DNA from: a virus
Lineage: Duplodnaviria > Caudoviricetes
Length of the DNA: 64,000 nucleotides
Strand: one strand, 5' to 3'
Virus record (IMG/VR): IMGVR_UViG_3300049009_000874
Coordinates: 64,001-128,000 of that record
The position numbers and the translations under genes were made by a program. Each line of letters opens with the position of its first letter. Within the stretch, counting starts at the first letter, position 1. The notes under the pieces are model-generated. The model did no database searches. It had not been told where the DNA came from and saw nothing but the letters and a program-made list of their open reading frames with translations. Below are positions 28,250 through 37,634 of the stretch, one piece after another.

Positions 28250-29461
28250 ATGGCGTTCGAGTTTTCAAAGAGAATTAAGCATCTTTATGGAGCTTTGCAC
28301 CTTGTTCCGTTCGAAATGATTGAAGTTTCGGATCCGAATGTGGGTTCGGAGGGATACCAGTTTTCGAATCCAAGACTAATGACTGAACAGGGTCAGACCG
28401 ATTTGATGGATCTGGAAATGTCTTCCGTCTTGAGAGAAGACATCAAGAACAAGACCTTGATAGCACCTTTGATTTGCAGGGTCGAAGGGGAAAAAATACA
28501 GCTTGTGGGCGGGGAGAGAAGATACCGATCGCTTTCTTACTTGATTGACAAAAACGAGTTTGTCAAGGATCCGTCCTCCGTCAACGTAGACAGCAAGGGC
28601 AAAAAGGAATACAGCTATAAATTGGCTGGCGAGGTCTACAAGGATGTGCTTTGCCAGATTTACAACACTGAAAGCGACATCGAGGCTTTGGCTTACTCGT
28701 ACAGCGAGAACGCCTGTCGCAAGAATCTGAACGATGGTCACGATGTGGCGATCCTGATGGAGCTGAGGCGTCACAAAGCTACCGATGACCAGATAATATC
28801 TGTCTTGCAGAAGAACAAGATGTGGCTTCGGGACACGGACAAACTCGTAAAGAAGTTGGACCCAGCCACGCTCAACGAACTCCTCGAGGGGAGAATAACC
28901 AGACAGGCTGCAGCCAAGCTTTCCGAAATAGAAGACATCGATGACAGGACTGAGATAAGGGAAAAGGCTGAGGCTGTATCCGACAAGAGAAATTCCAGAA
29001 ACATGGGCATCAACCAGAATAGGATCGAAAGGGCTACTAAAGATCAGAATATAGCCCAGATAAACCTTAGGGTTGCCGAGACTCTTGACTCCATGGGAGA
29101 GGATCATTGCGACATCGACAAGGTCACGGAAGAATTGAAGTTGGCGAACACCAATGTCGCTGACGCCTTTTCCAGGCAGAATGATGGTGTAAAGCCGATG
29201 TTGGTCCAAGATATAGAAAAGGTAATGGTTTCCAGCGACAATCCGATTTCAAAATTCATGAAACGAGACAGAATCAAGCATTGTTACCTTGATTTCCTCG
29301 CAAAAATATGCAAGACGGGATCATCCGACGACGGATCGTTCACTGTTCCCAGCACCATGGCTGGAAGGGACGCCATTCGACTGGCGATGCGGATAGCCAA
29401 AGGCATTCATGACGGCGACGAGAATTGCCTCAGAATAGTAAAGAAGTCCTTCAAGAAATGA
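28250..29461 (+). CDS. ParB/Spo0J-like protein
   Basis: NPR, LIAPLICR, LVGGERRYRS, SEN..RKNL, following HTH-like region. Confidence 0.8.
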   Translation: MAFEFSKRIKHLYGALHLVPFEMIEVSDPNVGSEGYQFSNPRLMTEQGQTDLMDLEMSSVLREDIKNKTLIAPLICRVEGEKIQLVGGERRYRSLSYLIDKNEFVKDPSSVNVDSKGKKEYSYKLAGEVYKDVLCQIYNTESDIEALAYSYSENACRKNLNDGHDVAILMELRRHKATDDQIISVLQKNKMWLRDTDKLVKKLDPATLNELLEGRITRQAAAKLSEIEDIDDRTEIREKAEAVSDKRNSRNMGINQNRIERATKDQNIAQINLRVAETLDSMGEDHCDIDKVTEELKLANTNVADAFSRQNDGVKPMLVQDIEKVMVSSDNPISKFMKRDRIKHCYLDFLAKICKTGSSDDGSFTVPSTMAGRDAIRLAMRIAKGIHDGDENCLRIVKKSFKK

Positions 29462-29472
29462 GACTGGCTATT

Positions 29473-29514
29473 CAAAAACAAAAACCCCGCAATGCTGCGG
29501 GGTTTTTGTTTTTG
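29473..29514. terminator. Bidirectional terminator
   Basis: CAAAAACAAAAACCCCGCA..TGCGGGGTTTTTGTTTTTG. Confidence 0.85.
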
Positions 29515-29531
29515 TAGGCATAAATAGTTTA

Positions 29532-29828
29532 ATGATATATGTTTGTCCATACTGCGGCAACTCACTAACTCAACCTTTGAGCGATGGAATTTGCATATGC
29601 ACGAATTGCAAGGCATTGTTCGACTCAAGCCCCCAAAGCCGTCTTCTTTCCGCAGCCTGGATCGCCAGGAAAAAAAACATGACTATGGAAAAGCTGGTTG
29701 GGAAATTCGGCTTGTCTTATGATGAGGCTAAAATCATAGAGGACAAGGTTTTGGTGGGCGGCTACACACACGATGAGTTTCTGAAATTCCTCAACGAAGA
29801 GAAAGTACCTAATCGTTGCTACATATGA
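29532..29828 (+). CDS. Zinc-ribbon protein
   Basis: CPYCG...CTNC; ATAAATA 5 nt before ATG. Confidence 0.7.
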   Translation: MIYVCPYCGNSLTQPLSDGICICTNCKALFDSSPQSRLLSAAWIARKKNMTMEKLVGKFGLSYDEAKIIEDKVLVGGYTHDEFLKFLNEEKVPNRCYI

Positions 29829-29991
29829 CGGAATCAAGTTCCGAACGAAGCACAGTGATTTCCTTGTCGGCTTCGATTCCTATGCGGACTTTATTCTTGT
29901 TGTCTATTCTGACGATCGTGATCATTATGTCTCGCATGTCTGGCACTTTCAGAATGATCTTTTCGTCTTTTTTCCTGGATAGTACTAACAT
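29809..29991 (-). CDS. csrA: CsrA, divergent copy 2
   Basis: MLVLSRKKDEKI..VRIGIEA..ITVLRSEL, 60 aa; AAGGA RBS. Confidence 0.88.
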   Translation of the reverse strand: MLVLSRKKDEKIILKVPDMRDIMITIVRIDNKNKVRIGIEADKEITVLRSELDSVICSND

Positions 29992-30334
29992 TTTAAATTC
30001 CTTTATTTGTATGTGATTGTGAACTTCCATTTGAAATGGCTTCACTTTTAGTTCGACATTAATATAGTGTGAAGGTTTTTTTATTGCCAAACTCCGATTC
30101 CGATAGTGTAGTTTTTCGTGGAATTCATTTGGTTCTGCAATATCATGATGCAATAAAGAGGTTCATATCTAGCGTCGCTTCAAGAAATATGAAGCTATAT
30201 TTTTATTTCAATAATTATTTTTGTAGTTTACTTGATTGTTTTTTCTTGTATATTTAATTTGTACCTTAAGCGCAAGGTGATTTATGTCATTGTATCCTTG
30301 GCTTTTATCCAAAATGACGAATGTGGAGAATTTT

Positions 30335-30826
30335 ATGAGCAATTCTGTGATCGAGCAGAAGATAGTCGCGTTGAAGCGACAGCAGCAGCTTATTTTCGAA
30401 CTTATAGGAAAGCTTGAGGACGTGGCGTCGTTGGAGACCCAGATGTCTTCTGGTTCGGAACCGAATCTTGCCACTCGGCATGTCGTTCCGGCGCAGGCTT
30501 CCGATACTGTAGGCGGGGTACGGGGCATAGCGAAGAGCGCTGCGAGCGCGTACAAGGCTGCGTATAGGGCAAAGTTGAAGGCTAAGGCGAAGTTTTCTGG
30601 TGACGGTAAGCCCGTTTCTTTGCGTTCCGTGGTCAAGCACATAGTCATGCAATCTAAGACCCCGCTTTCCTACCCTGAGGTAGCCGAAAAAGCCATCGCG
30701 TCCGGATACAAGACTATAGCTAAGGACTTCGGTAACAACGTGTACCAGAGCCTCAACAAGTTGGTTCGCGACAAGGAACTAAAGCAACGCAAAGAGAACA
30801 ACGTGGTTCTCTTTGAGGCGGCATAG
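30335..30826 (+). CDS. Coiled-coil plus winged-helix DNA-binding protein
   Basis: GGAG RBS; SLRSVV..PLSYPEVAEKAI.SGYKT..KDF.NNVYQSL. Confidence 0.7.
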   Translation: MSNSVIEQKIVALKRQQQLIFELIGKLEDVASLETQMSSGSEPNLATRHVVPAQASDTVGGVRGIAKSAASAYKAAYRAKLKAKAKFSGDGKPVSLRSVVKHIVMQSKTPLSYPEVAEKAIASGYKTIAKDFGNNVYQSLNKLVRDKELKQRKENNVVLFEAA

Positions 30827-30827
30827 C

Positions 30828-31133
30828 ATGGAAAGAAAAACCAAGGAAAACGTTTCCAAGTTGGTGAGAGATATCCTTGGCGAGGTTGGCGCTATCACCA
30901 AGCATCCTCCAAAGGACTGGAAGCGTCAAGTCGAGGAAAGGCTGACAAGCCTTAATATCGACATTGAAAAGGTCAACATCTACGCAGTCAGAAGCAAGAT
31001 CCTCAAGGAAGTTCCATGCGACCTAAACTCGTATGCCAGCATCCTGATAAAGCTGCGAGAGTTGTCGAAGTCAGCGGGTGGGATAGACAAGCTTTACGAG
31101 TGCGTCAGCCTGCTCAAGGAACTGAAAATCTAG
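30828..31133 (+). CDS. Hypothetical protein
   Basis: Follows wHTH gene by 1 nt. Confidence 0.65.
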   Translation: MERKTKENVSKLVRDILGEVGAITKHPPKDWKRQVEERLTSLNIDIEKVNIYAVRSKILKEVPCDLNSYASILIKLRELSKSAGGIDKLYECVSLLKELKI

Positions 31134-31165
31134 TGATGCTTAATTGACGTCCATATGCTATCATA

Positions 31166-31241
31166 AGCCGAAGGTTGCTTTGCAACCTTTCGCTCTAGGC
31201 TCAGAACCCCATTCCCTTGCCAAAAGGGAATGGGGTTTTTT
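31166..31241 (+). ncRNA. Candidate small structured RNA ending in a terminator
   Basis: TGcTATCAT -10 just upstream; hairpin AAGGTTGC/GCAACCTT inside AGCC/GGCT; terminator AACCCCATTCCCTT/AAGGGAATGGGGTT. Confidence 0.4.
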
Positions 31242-31243
31242 CG

Positions 31244-31272
31244 TTGAAAAACAAAAAAATATAACTTAAAAT
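31244..31272 (+). promoter_or_regulatory. Sigma70-type promoter
   Basis: TTGAAA-17 nt-TAAAAT, 5 nt before ATG 31278. Confidence 0.55.
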
Positions 31273-31277
31273 ATGGC

Positions 31278-32042
31278 ATGAGTGATGTTTTTTTCAGGAT
31301 GTCTGAATATCCCAGACAAATTATTGACGAGCTTTTTTGCGCCTCAAGGTATGAGCCGGCGGAAAAAGACATAATAATAGTCGTGCACAACCAGCTGGAT
31401 TACCTGGTTAAGTGCATTGATTCCATAAGGAGCAACACCGAGAGGTACAAAATCTATGTTTGGGACAACAACTCTGACGAAGATACTGCGAGATGGCTTT
31501 CCTCCCAGAGCGACATAAGGTGCGTCAGACATCACGAAAACATAGGTTTTATAAAGCCAAACAATGAATTGATACGTCTCGGCGACAGCGCATACGTGAT
31601 CTGTCTCAACTCCGACACGGAAGTGGTTAAAGGTTGGGATTCGGCTATGATTTCCCAAATACAGCAAAACGGTTTCAGCCAGGTTGGCTACATAGGCGGC
31701 AGGCTGAACTCAAAGGGCAAGGGATACCAATTTGGTTTCGGGGAAAACATCGACTACATTCCTGGTTGGTGTTTCTGCATTCCCCGGCTTGTGTACGAAC
31801 GATACGGTCTGTTCGATGAGGACAACCTCTTTTTCGCCTACTGCGAGGACAGCGATTTCTCGATGAGGATCACGGAGTCCGGCGGCAGGATCTACGCCTT
31901 GCACCTAGGGCTGGTAATTCACCACGAAAACAAGACCATCAAAGAGGTCATGAAAACTACTGACTGCAACCCGACATACGAGAAGAACCACGATTTCATT
32001 GCGAGGAGGTGGAGTCACAAAATAGGCGGCAAATTATCGTAA
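31278..32042 (+). CDS. Glycosyltransferase family 2
   Basis: DIIIVVHN, WDNNS, ENIGF..NN, LNSD, EDSDFS. Confidence 0.9.
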   Translation: MSDVFFRMSEYPRQIIDELFCASRYEPAEKDIIIVVHNQLDYLVKCIDSIRSNTERYKIYVWDNNSDEDTARWLSSQSDIRCVRHHENIGFIKPNNELIRLGDSAYVICLNSDTEVVKGWDSAMISQIQQNGFSQVGYIGGRLNSKGKGYQFGFGENIDYIPGWCFCIPRLVYERYGLFDEDNLFFAYCEDSDFSMRITESGGRIYALHLGLVIHHENKTIKEVMKTTDCNPTYEKNHDFIARRWSHKIGGKLS

Positions 32043-32113
32043 TGTACGTATTGTTTTTTTTCTTGGTTTGTGTTAACTTCCGCGCTTAACTCGACATGGA
32101 CCAAGGAGTGCAA

Positions 32114-33418
32114 ATGTCAAAAGTAAAAAACGTGTTTCACTGTGATTTCTGCGAGAAGAAAAGCGACGCCAACAACGAAAAGATCGTAATAGAGAGCGCG
32201 CCGACGTTAAGGGTGAGAAACGGCAAGCCGATAGGCTCGAAATCGTACATCTGCAACGACTGCATAGCGATGATCCACGAGACCGTGAGTCAGGAGGACT
32301 TCGGGAAGCCAGGAAAGAAACCACGTGTCGACACGGCGGATCGACCCATCTTGTCCGTTGATCCAAGGGACATAGTAAAGCATCTCGACCTCCACATAGT
32401 CGGGCAGGACAACGCGAAGAAGAAGTTGGCTATATCCGTCGCGAACCATTACAAGAGGATAAACCCTCGGATCATCACGAAGAAGCTTCCGAAGGGTATG
32501 GAGGATGTCAGAATTGAGAAATCTAACATACTAATGATCGGTCCGACAGGTTGCGGCAAGACCCTTTTGGCTAAGACGTTGGCGTCACATCTCGATGTCC
32601 CTTTTGCGATAGGAGACGCGACAGTCCTGACTCAAGCTGGCTATGTAGGCGAGGATGTCGAAAACCTCATAGTCAAGCTCCTCCACCAGACGAATTTCGA
32701 TGTCGCCAAGGCTGAGCGGGGAATAGTCTACATAGATGAGGTCGACAAGATAGCGAAGACCTCGAAAAACATGTCGATAACCAGAGACGTGAGCGGAGAA
32801 GGGGTGCAGCAGTCGCTCCTGAAGATTCTCGAGGGCACGGTTTGCAACGTGCCGCCACAGGGCGGTCGAAAGCACCCGGAGCAGAAGTTCATACAGGTCG
32901 ACACCTCAAATATATTGTTCATATGCGGAGGCACCTTTACCGGGATACAGAACATAGTTTCTCGGAGGATTGGAGGCGGAAGCATCGGCTTTAACGGCAA
33001 TGACCACAAGAATTATTCAGAAACTGACATACTTAACTCGATTATTGACGAGGATATAATCGAGTTCGGAATGATACCCGAGTTTGTCGGAAGGCTTCCG
33101 GTACATGTTGCCGTGAGCCCGATGGACGAGAAGGCTCTTGTTTCCGTGCTTATGTGCCCTAAGAACGCGATACTCAAGCAGTACCAGAAAATATTGCTCT
33201 GCGACAACGTAGACTTGAATTTCTCGGATGGGGCTGTAAGGGAAATGGCCAGAGTCGCAATCAAGAAGGGAACTGGGGCAAGGGCTCTTAGGTCGGTGGT
33301 CGAATCGGTGATGACGGACATAATGTTCACGGCGTCAGACCACGCTGGGAAAAAGATAACAGTAGACGAAAAAACAGTCAAGAAGGTTTTCGATGACACA
33401 AACTACACAGCAGCCTGA
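32114..33418 (+). CDS. clpX: ATP-dependent Clp protease ATPase ClpX
   Basis: CDFC..ICNDC Zn domain, [33 protein letters not shown] loop, TGARALR. Confidence 0.97.
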   Translation: MSKVKNVFHCDFCEKKSDANNEKIVIESAPTLRVRNGKPIGSKSYICNDCIAMIHETVSQEDFGKPGKKPRVDTADRPILSVDPRDIVKHLDLHIVGQDNAKKKLAISVANHYKRINPRIITKKLPKGMEDVRIEKSNILMIGPTGCGKTLLAKTLASHLDVPFAIGDATVLTQAGYVGEDVENLIVKLLHQTNFDVAKAERGIVYIDEVDKIAKTSKNMSITRDVSGEGVQQSLLKILEGTVCNVPPQGGRKHPEQKFIQVDTSNILFICGGTFTGIQNIVSRRIGGGSIGFNGNDHKNYSETDILNSIIDEDIIEFGMIPEFVGRLPVHVAVSPMDEKALVSVLMCPKNAILKQYQKILLCDNVDLNFSDGAVREMARVAIKKGTGARALRSVVESVMTDIMFTASDHAGKKITVDEKTVKKVFDDTNYTAA

Positions 33419-33959
33419 AAAACAAGTGGTGTTCATTCCTCTGGATCACGGGAAGGTTGACGAGACAGTTTCATTTGCCGACAAACTCGAGGATCTAGGA
33501 TTGACTTGCTTTGTCGTGTCAGCCGACCCAAGCGAAGACGAAAAGGAAATGTTCAAAGGCAAAAAGTTCATTGAAGGCGACATAATAGCCGTAATACATC
33601 AATTCAATTTTCCCTTCTCGACGTTCGCCAGGTTGTCGACCAACCCTGATTCAGTCGATCCCAAGCCAAATTCGGCAGTTTTTCTTTCGGTTCTGGAAGA
33701 AACCTATCAAGTCGTAACGCCGATAAGCAGCATACCAATGAGAGTCAAGTTTTCCTCTCTATTCGACAAGGGAAGGATTTATGGGGTCGACCTAGTATGC
33801 GCCAGTAGCGAATTCTGGCAAAAGGCGCTCAGCGTACATGTCAGATGGAGATCGGAGGGGTTCGCGAGTCAGAACGCGACCTATTTCGAGTTGCTGTTCA
33901 ATTTCTGCGTTTCAATTTACGATATAGATGTTTCAATCGCGGGGTCAACCAATGCATAG
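33393..33959 (+). CDS. Hypothetical protein
   Basis: 188 aa, operon position. Confidence 0.65.
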   Translation: MTQTTQQPEKQVVFIPLDHGKVDETVSFADKLEDLGLTCFVVSADPSEDEKEMFKGKKFIEGDIIAVIHQFNFPFSTFARLSTNPDSVDPKPNSAVFLSVLEETYQVVTPISSIPMRVKFSSLFDKGRIYGVDLVCASSEFWQKALSVHVRWRSEGFASQNATYFELLFNFCVSIYDIDVSIAGSTNA

Positions 33960-34368
33960 ACTTTTGTTCGTGTACGGGACGTTAAAGCAGGGGCATCCAA
34001 GGTGCAAGCACCTTTCCGGGCAAAGATACCTTGGAACAGCCAGGACATCCCAGTCCTACTCGATGTACAAGGTTTCGAACTCCTTTCCGGGATTGGTCGA
34101 AGCCTTCACGAGCCATCCAGCCCAGAGGATATATGGCGAGATATACGAGGTCGACGAGAATTGTCTGGGAATCCTGGACGAGATCGAGGGCGTCAGCGAA
34201 GGGATCTACAAGCGAATGGACATAATGGTCGAAGATATAAATATGTCGAATTTGCCTATATTCTCGGACACTTTTCTTCAAGTCCACAGAAATACGGCAG
34301 AATGCTACATATATCAGGGCGACGTGTCCAATTTCAAGAATTGTGGCTTTATATGGCTTATGGATTAA
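33952..34368 (+). CDS. Gamma-glutamylcyclotransferase (AIG2-like)
   Basis: LFVYGTLK.G, GEIYEV, LDEIEG, Y.R. Confidence 0.9.
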   Translation: MHRLLFVYGTLKQGHPRCKHLSGQRYLGTARTSQSYSMYKVSNSFPGLVEAFTSHPAQRIYGEIYEVDENCLGILDEIEGVSEGIYKRMDIMVEDINMSNLPIFSDTFLQVHRNTAECYIYQGDVSNFKNCGFIWLMD

Positions 34369-34370
34369 AC

Positions 34371-34715
34371 ATGGAAATCATCATATTCGCAATTGTTTGT
34401 TTCTCCTTGCTGGTTTTTTCCATCATGTATCTGGCTATATCATCATTGGTTCTCGAAAACCAGAAGATGAGATCGCTCCAAAGCAGCACATTGTCCGAAT
34501 ATCTTGATCTGGCGACTATGGACCAGCTTTTCGAGGAGATAAAGAAGAGGGACCAGTCCCCCATCATATTGGTAAAGAAAACCTCAAGCGGCATACTCGT
34601 AGATTGCTTCAACATCACGCCAGTCATATCCGTGCAGATACTTGAATCTTCTGCCATCCTGGTCCGTGAAAAGATAAAGAGATCTATGGAGACGGGTTTG
34701 GACGGCATAGATTAG
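34371..34715 (+). CDS. Membrane-anchored hypothetical protein
   Basis: N-terminal TM MEIIIFAIVCFSLLVF. Confidence 0.65.
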   Translation: MEIIIFAIVCFSLLVFSIMYLAISSLVLENQKMRSLQSSTLSEYLDLATMDQLFEEIKKRDQSPIILVKKTSSGILVDCFNITPVISVQILESSAILVREKIKRSMETGLDGID

Positions 34716-34729
34716 ATTTCACATTTGTG

Positions 34730-34758
34730 TTGCAAATGTTTATTTTATAAATTAAAAT
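34730..34758 (+). promoter_or_regulatory. Sigma70-type promoter of sigma gene
   Basis: TTGCAA-17 nt-TAAAAT. Confidence 0.6.
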
Positions 34759-34792
34759 GACTTTCGGATATAAATTATAAGAGGAACCATTA

Positions 34793-35710
34793 ATGGTTAA
34801 TTTCTCCGAAAGGTTGGAGTTCGTTCATAGTTTCAATCATAGATTCTTCTACCATGTAGATTTCGAGAAAAGAAGAAAAGTAAAGACGATAGTGTCCGAC
34901 ATACCAGACAAGGGCAAGTTGGACGACGAAAGGGTCAAGGTCGCCAGCCTAAGGGTTGGCAACAAAAGCCCTGAGATGCGACCATGCTACGAAGAACCGC
35001 TCCTCACGAAAGACCAGGAATACCATTTGTTCCGAAAGATGAACTATTTCAAGTTCAAGCTCAAGAAGATGAAGGCTAGGATGCCAATAAAGCCATCGTT
35101 GAAGCATGTCGAGAAGATGGAGCTTTTGATAAAGGAAATATCTTTTTTGAGAAACCAAATAGCCAGCAGCAATTTCCGACTGGCTACGCACATATTGAAG
35201 ACCGAGTACCGTGGTTATGTGGACTCGATAGAGGCATGCATTTCGAACGCCTATATGGATGTAATAAAGAGCGTCGATTACTTCAACTACACGAAGGGGT
35301 TCAAGTTCTCAACCTATTGCGTCTGGGTACTCAAGAAAAACTTTTTCAGGTCGGCTAAGCTCAGAAGCATGAAGAAGCACGACGTTTTTTGCCTGGACGA
35401 GCTGCCGGAAGATGGCGTGGACGGCTTGAACAAACTCGACAACAACACTGAACTGCATCAAAGGGAGAACGAGTTGCTCGTGAAAAAGATAATAGACCAG
35501 ACAAAGAAAAGCATCAGGACCGTCGACGTGGAAAGGCAAATAATGATAATCGAACATTATTATGGAATAAACGGCAAACAAAGGAAGAACCTCCATGAGA
35601 TAAGCTGTATCCTCAACATAACGAAGGAAAGGGTGCGGCAACTCAAGGAGAAGTTCCTCAAGGAAATGCGCAACATAGTCGAACTAATGGGGTGTAGGGA
35701 TGTCATATAA
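34793..35710 (+). CDS. RNA polymerase sigma-70 family factor
   Basis: LLTKDQE (r1.2), NFRLA, FNYTKGFKFSTY (r2), LHEIS..LNITKERVRQL (r4). Confidence 0.92.
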   Translation: MVNFSERLEFVHSFNHRFFYHVDFEKRRKVKTIVSDIPDKGKLDDERVKVASLRVGNKSPEMRPCYEEPLLTKDQEYHLFRKMNYFKFKLKKMKARMPIKPSLKHVEKMELLIKEISFLRNQIASSNFRLATHILKTEYRGYVDSIEACISNAYMDVIKSVDYFNYTKGFKFSTYCVWVLKKNFFRSAKLRSMKKHDVFCLDELPEDGVDGLNKLDNNTELHQRENELLVKKIIDQTKKSIRTVDVERQIMIIEHYYGINGKQRKNLHEISCILNITKERVRQLKEKFLKEMRNIVELMGCRDVI

Positions 35711-36557
35711 GGTTCTGTTTGACGGGACATATTACGAGTGCCAGATGGCTTGGAGCGAAGGCTGCACTTTCCAGATCAAGGATTCGGAGATAAATTACCG
35801 AAAAGACCGTTCTATGCTGCAAAAGATCGATACGGAAAACAGGTTCATGTTCGCCTCCCTGTGTCCCGCGCCGGAAAACATCGACGTCACAGATGTTTTC
35901 GTTCTCGGAAAATGGCAAAGACCAAAGGTCTGGATGGTCGGCAGAGGTAAATCCGTAGGGGAAGCCGAGTCTGCCGCCTTCGAGCAATATGCCAAGGCTG
36001 CAAGGTGCGACCATAAATTCGCCAACAAGGACGACTCCGATTTGTCCGGCGACGGGGTATGCAAGATGTGCGGTACTTTCGTCACGGAACTTTTCCTCCA
36101 TCCCAACATCAGGAGCGCGAAATACAAAGCCTTGGCTCGCCATGACAACCAAATCCTGTTCGGCGACGTGATGCTGAAAAACCATTTGATGTCGATGACT
36201 CAGGAGATGGTTTTCGACCCGCACCTGTCACCGGCTAAGAAAGTCGACTTCATTTGCGCCGGGTGGCTTCACCACACGAACGGAGACATAAACTCCACGG
36301 ACAACGTCGACCAGATACTGAAGTTCTTTCATCTCGACCCAAGCACAAAACAAGAGTCGATGATACTACAGTATTACGATATAGTTGACACCATCAAGTA
36401 TTTATTGGTCGATCAAAATCAATCCTTGCTGGAAAAAACATTACAGGAATCAAAGGACCTATTGATTAGTTTCGATCGATACTCCATGCCGCACGCGCAC
36501 TTCCTTACCAGCTACATCTTGATGTGCGAACAAGCGATTCTAGTCGCAAGTTCTTGA
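35700..36557 (+). CDS. Hypothetical protein with Zn motif and degenerate HD-like region
   Basis: CDH..CKMC; ARHDNQ...H...ICAGWLHHT. Confidence 0.55.
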   Translation: MSYKVLFDGTYYECQMAWSEGCTFQIKDSEINYRKDRSMLQKIDTENRFMFASLCPAPENIDVTDVFVLGKWQRPKVWMVGRGKSVGEAESAAFEQYAKAARCDHKFANKDDSDLSGDGVCKMCGTFVTELFLHPNIRSAKYKALARHDNQILFGDVMLKNHLMSMTQEMVFDPHLSPAKKVDFICAGWLHHTNGDINSTDNVDQILKFFHLDPSTKQESMILQYYDIVDTIKYLLVDQNQSLLEKTLQESKDLLISFDRYSMPHAHFLTSYILMCEQAILVASS

Positions 36558-36686
36558 TAGCCATAGGCTTAAAAAATATAATTTTTGGTTGTTTACTTCT
36601 GTATTTTTTCCTATATCCTTATCATAGCAAACGACATAGGGTCGTTTCGAAAAAATGGATTAGATACAGAAAGGTTTGGAATAGTT

Positions 36687-37559
36687 ATGGCAAAAAAGTC
36701 AAAATCGGAAGGCACGCAAGTGACCCAGAGCGTGACGGATGTCTTGGGAGGTCTCATGGCTTCTCTGCCCTTTGTAGCGCAGAAGGACAACAAGGACAAG
36801 AAGTGGCAGATCAGCCTGAACGCCGAAGACCAAACGGCTTTCACGAGATGGATCGAAGCCAAAGTCGTAAGCGAACCCGTCATGCAGCGACTGGAGAACG
36901 CGAAAGACCAGCTCAACGAGATATGCCTGCGGGAATTCGTTGGGGTGTTTTTCGAAAACAGGAGTCGTCCAAGCAACCCTCAGATAGTCGTGGCGAAGGG
37001 CGTCGTCGTAGACCACCAGGCGACATGGATGATGACCGACAAATTCAAAATACGTCTCCCGGATGTGCCGGATCATCAGGACGCCAAGACTGTATATGTC
37101 GCCGCGTTTGTCGCCGCTGGCATCCATCCTAACGACGCGGAAAACTTGGTAAGCAACGAGTTGCTGATAAATCCAGTCATTGGAGTCCGACCGATCAACG
37201 ACCTTCTCACCGGTCATTACGGTTCCGGAAGGGAATTCGTCCCGGCTACCGACACGGAGAAATCCGCGGGAAGAAAGCTTGCCGCGTTTCTCTCGGCATC
37301 ATCGCAGGTTACCCTTGACGCTCTGACCAACGAAGAGAAGTTGGTTCTGATCAGCAGGGACAGCGGTGTGAGCGTGAGATACGGATTTCTGGAAAGGGTG
37401 ACGAACTACGCGAAGTCAGCCGATGATCTTCTGTCCATTTTTCGCCTGATATCACCCGTCGTTTACCCGGCGTATCCAAAGTATGCCGTGAGCGACACGC
37501 CGGTTGACCAGAGCAAACGCAAGGTTTTGGCTGCAGCCGACATAATCGGAGCAAATTAG
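36687..37559 (+). CDS. Hypothetical protein
   Basis: MAKKSK start, TTAGATA upstream, hairpin downstream. Confidence 0.75.
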   Translation: MAKKSKSEGTQVTQSVTDVLGGLMASLPFVAQKDNKDKKWQISLNAEDQTAFTRWIEAKVVSEPVMQRLENAKDQLNEICLREFVGVFFENRSRPSNPQIVVAKGVVVDHQATWMMTDKFKIRLPDVPDHQDAKTVYVAAFVAAGIHPNDAENLVSNELLINPVIGVRPINDLLTGHYGSGREFVPATDTEKSAGRKLAAFLSASSQVTLDALTNEEKLVLISRDSGVSVRYGFLERVTNYAKSADDLLSIFRLISPVVYPAYPKYAVSDTPVDQSKRKVLAAADIIGAN

Positions 37560-37570
37560 TTGAGAAATCG

Positions 37571-37594
37571 GACTCGGGAGTGAACTCCCGAGTT
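37571..37594 (+). other. Strong intergenic hairpin without U-tract
   Basis: GACTCGGGAG-TGAA-CTCCCGAGTT. Confidence 0.65.
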
Positions 37595-37634
37595 CAATTG
37601 ATAGGAAATCATTTTATTTTAGGAGTCTTTTTTC

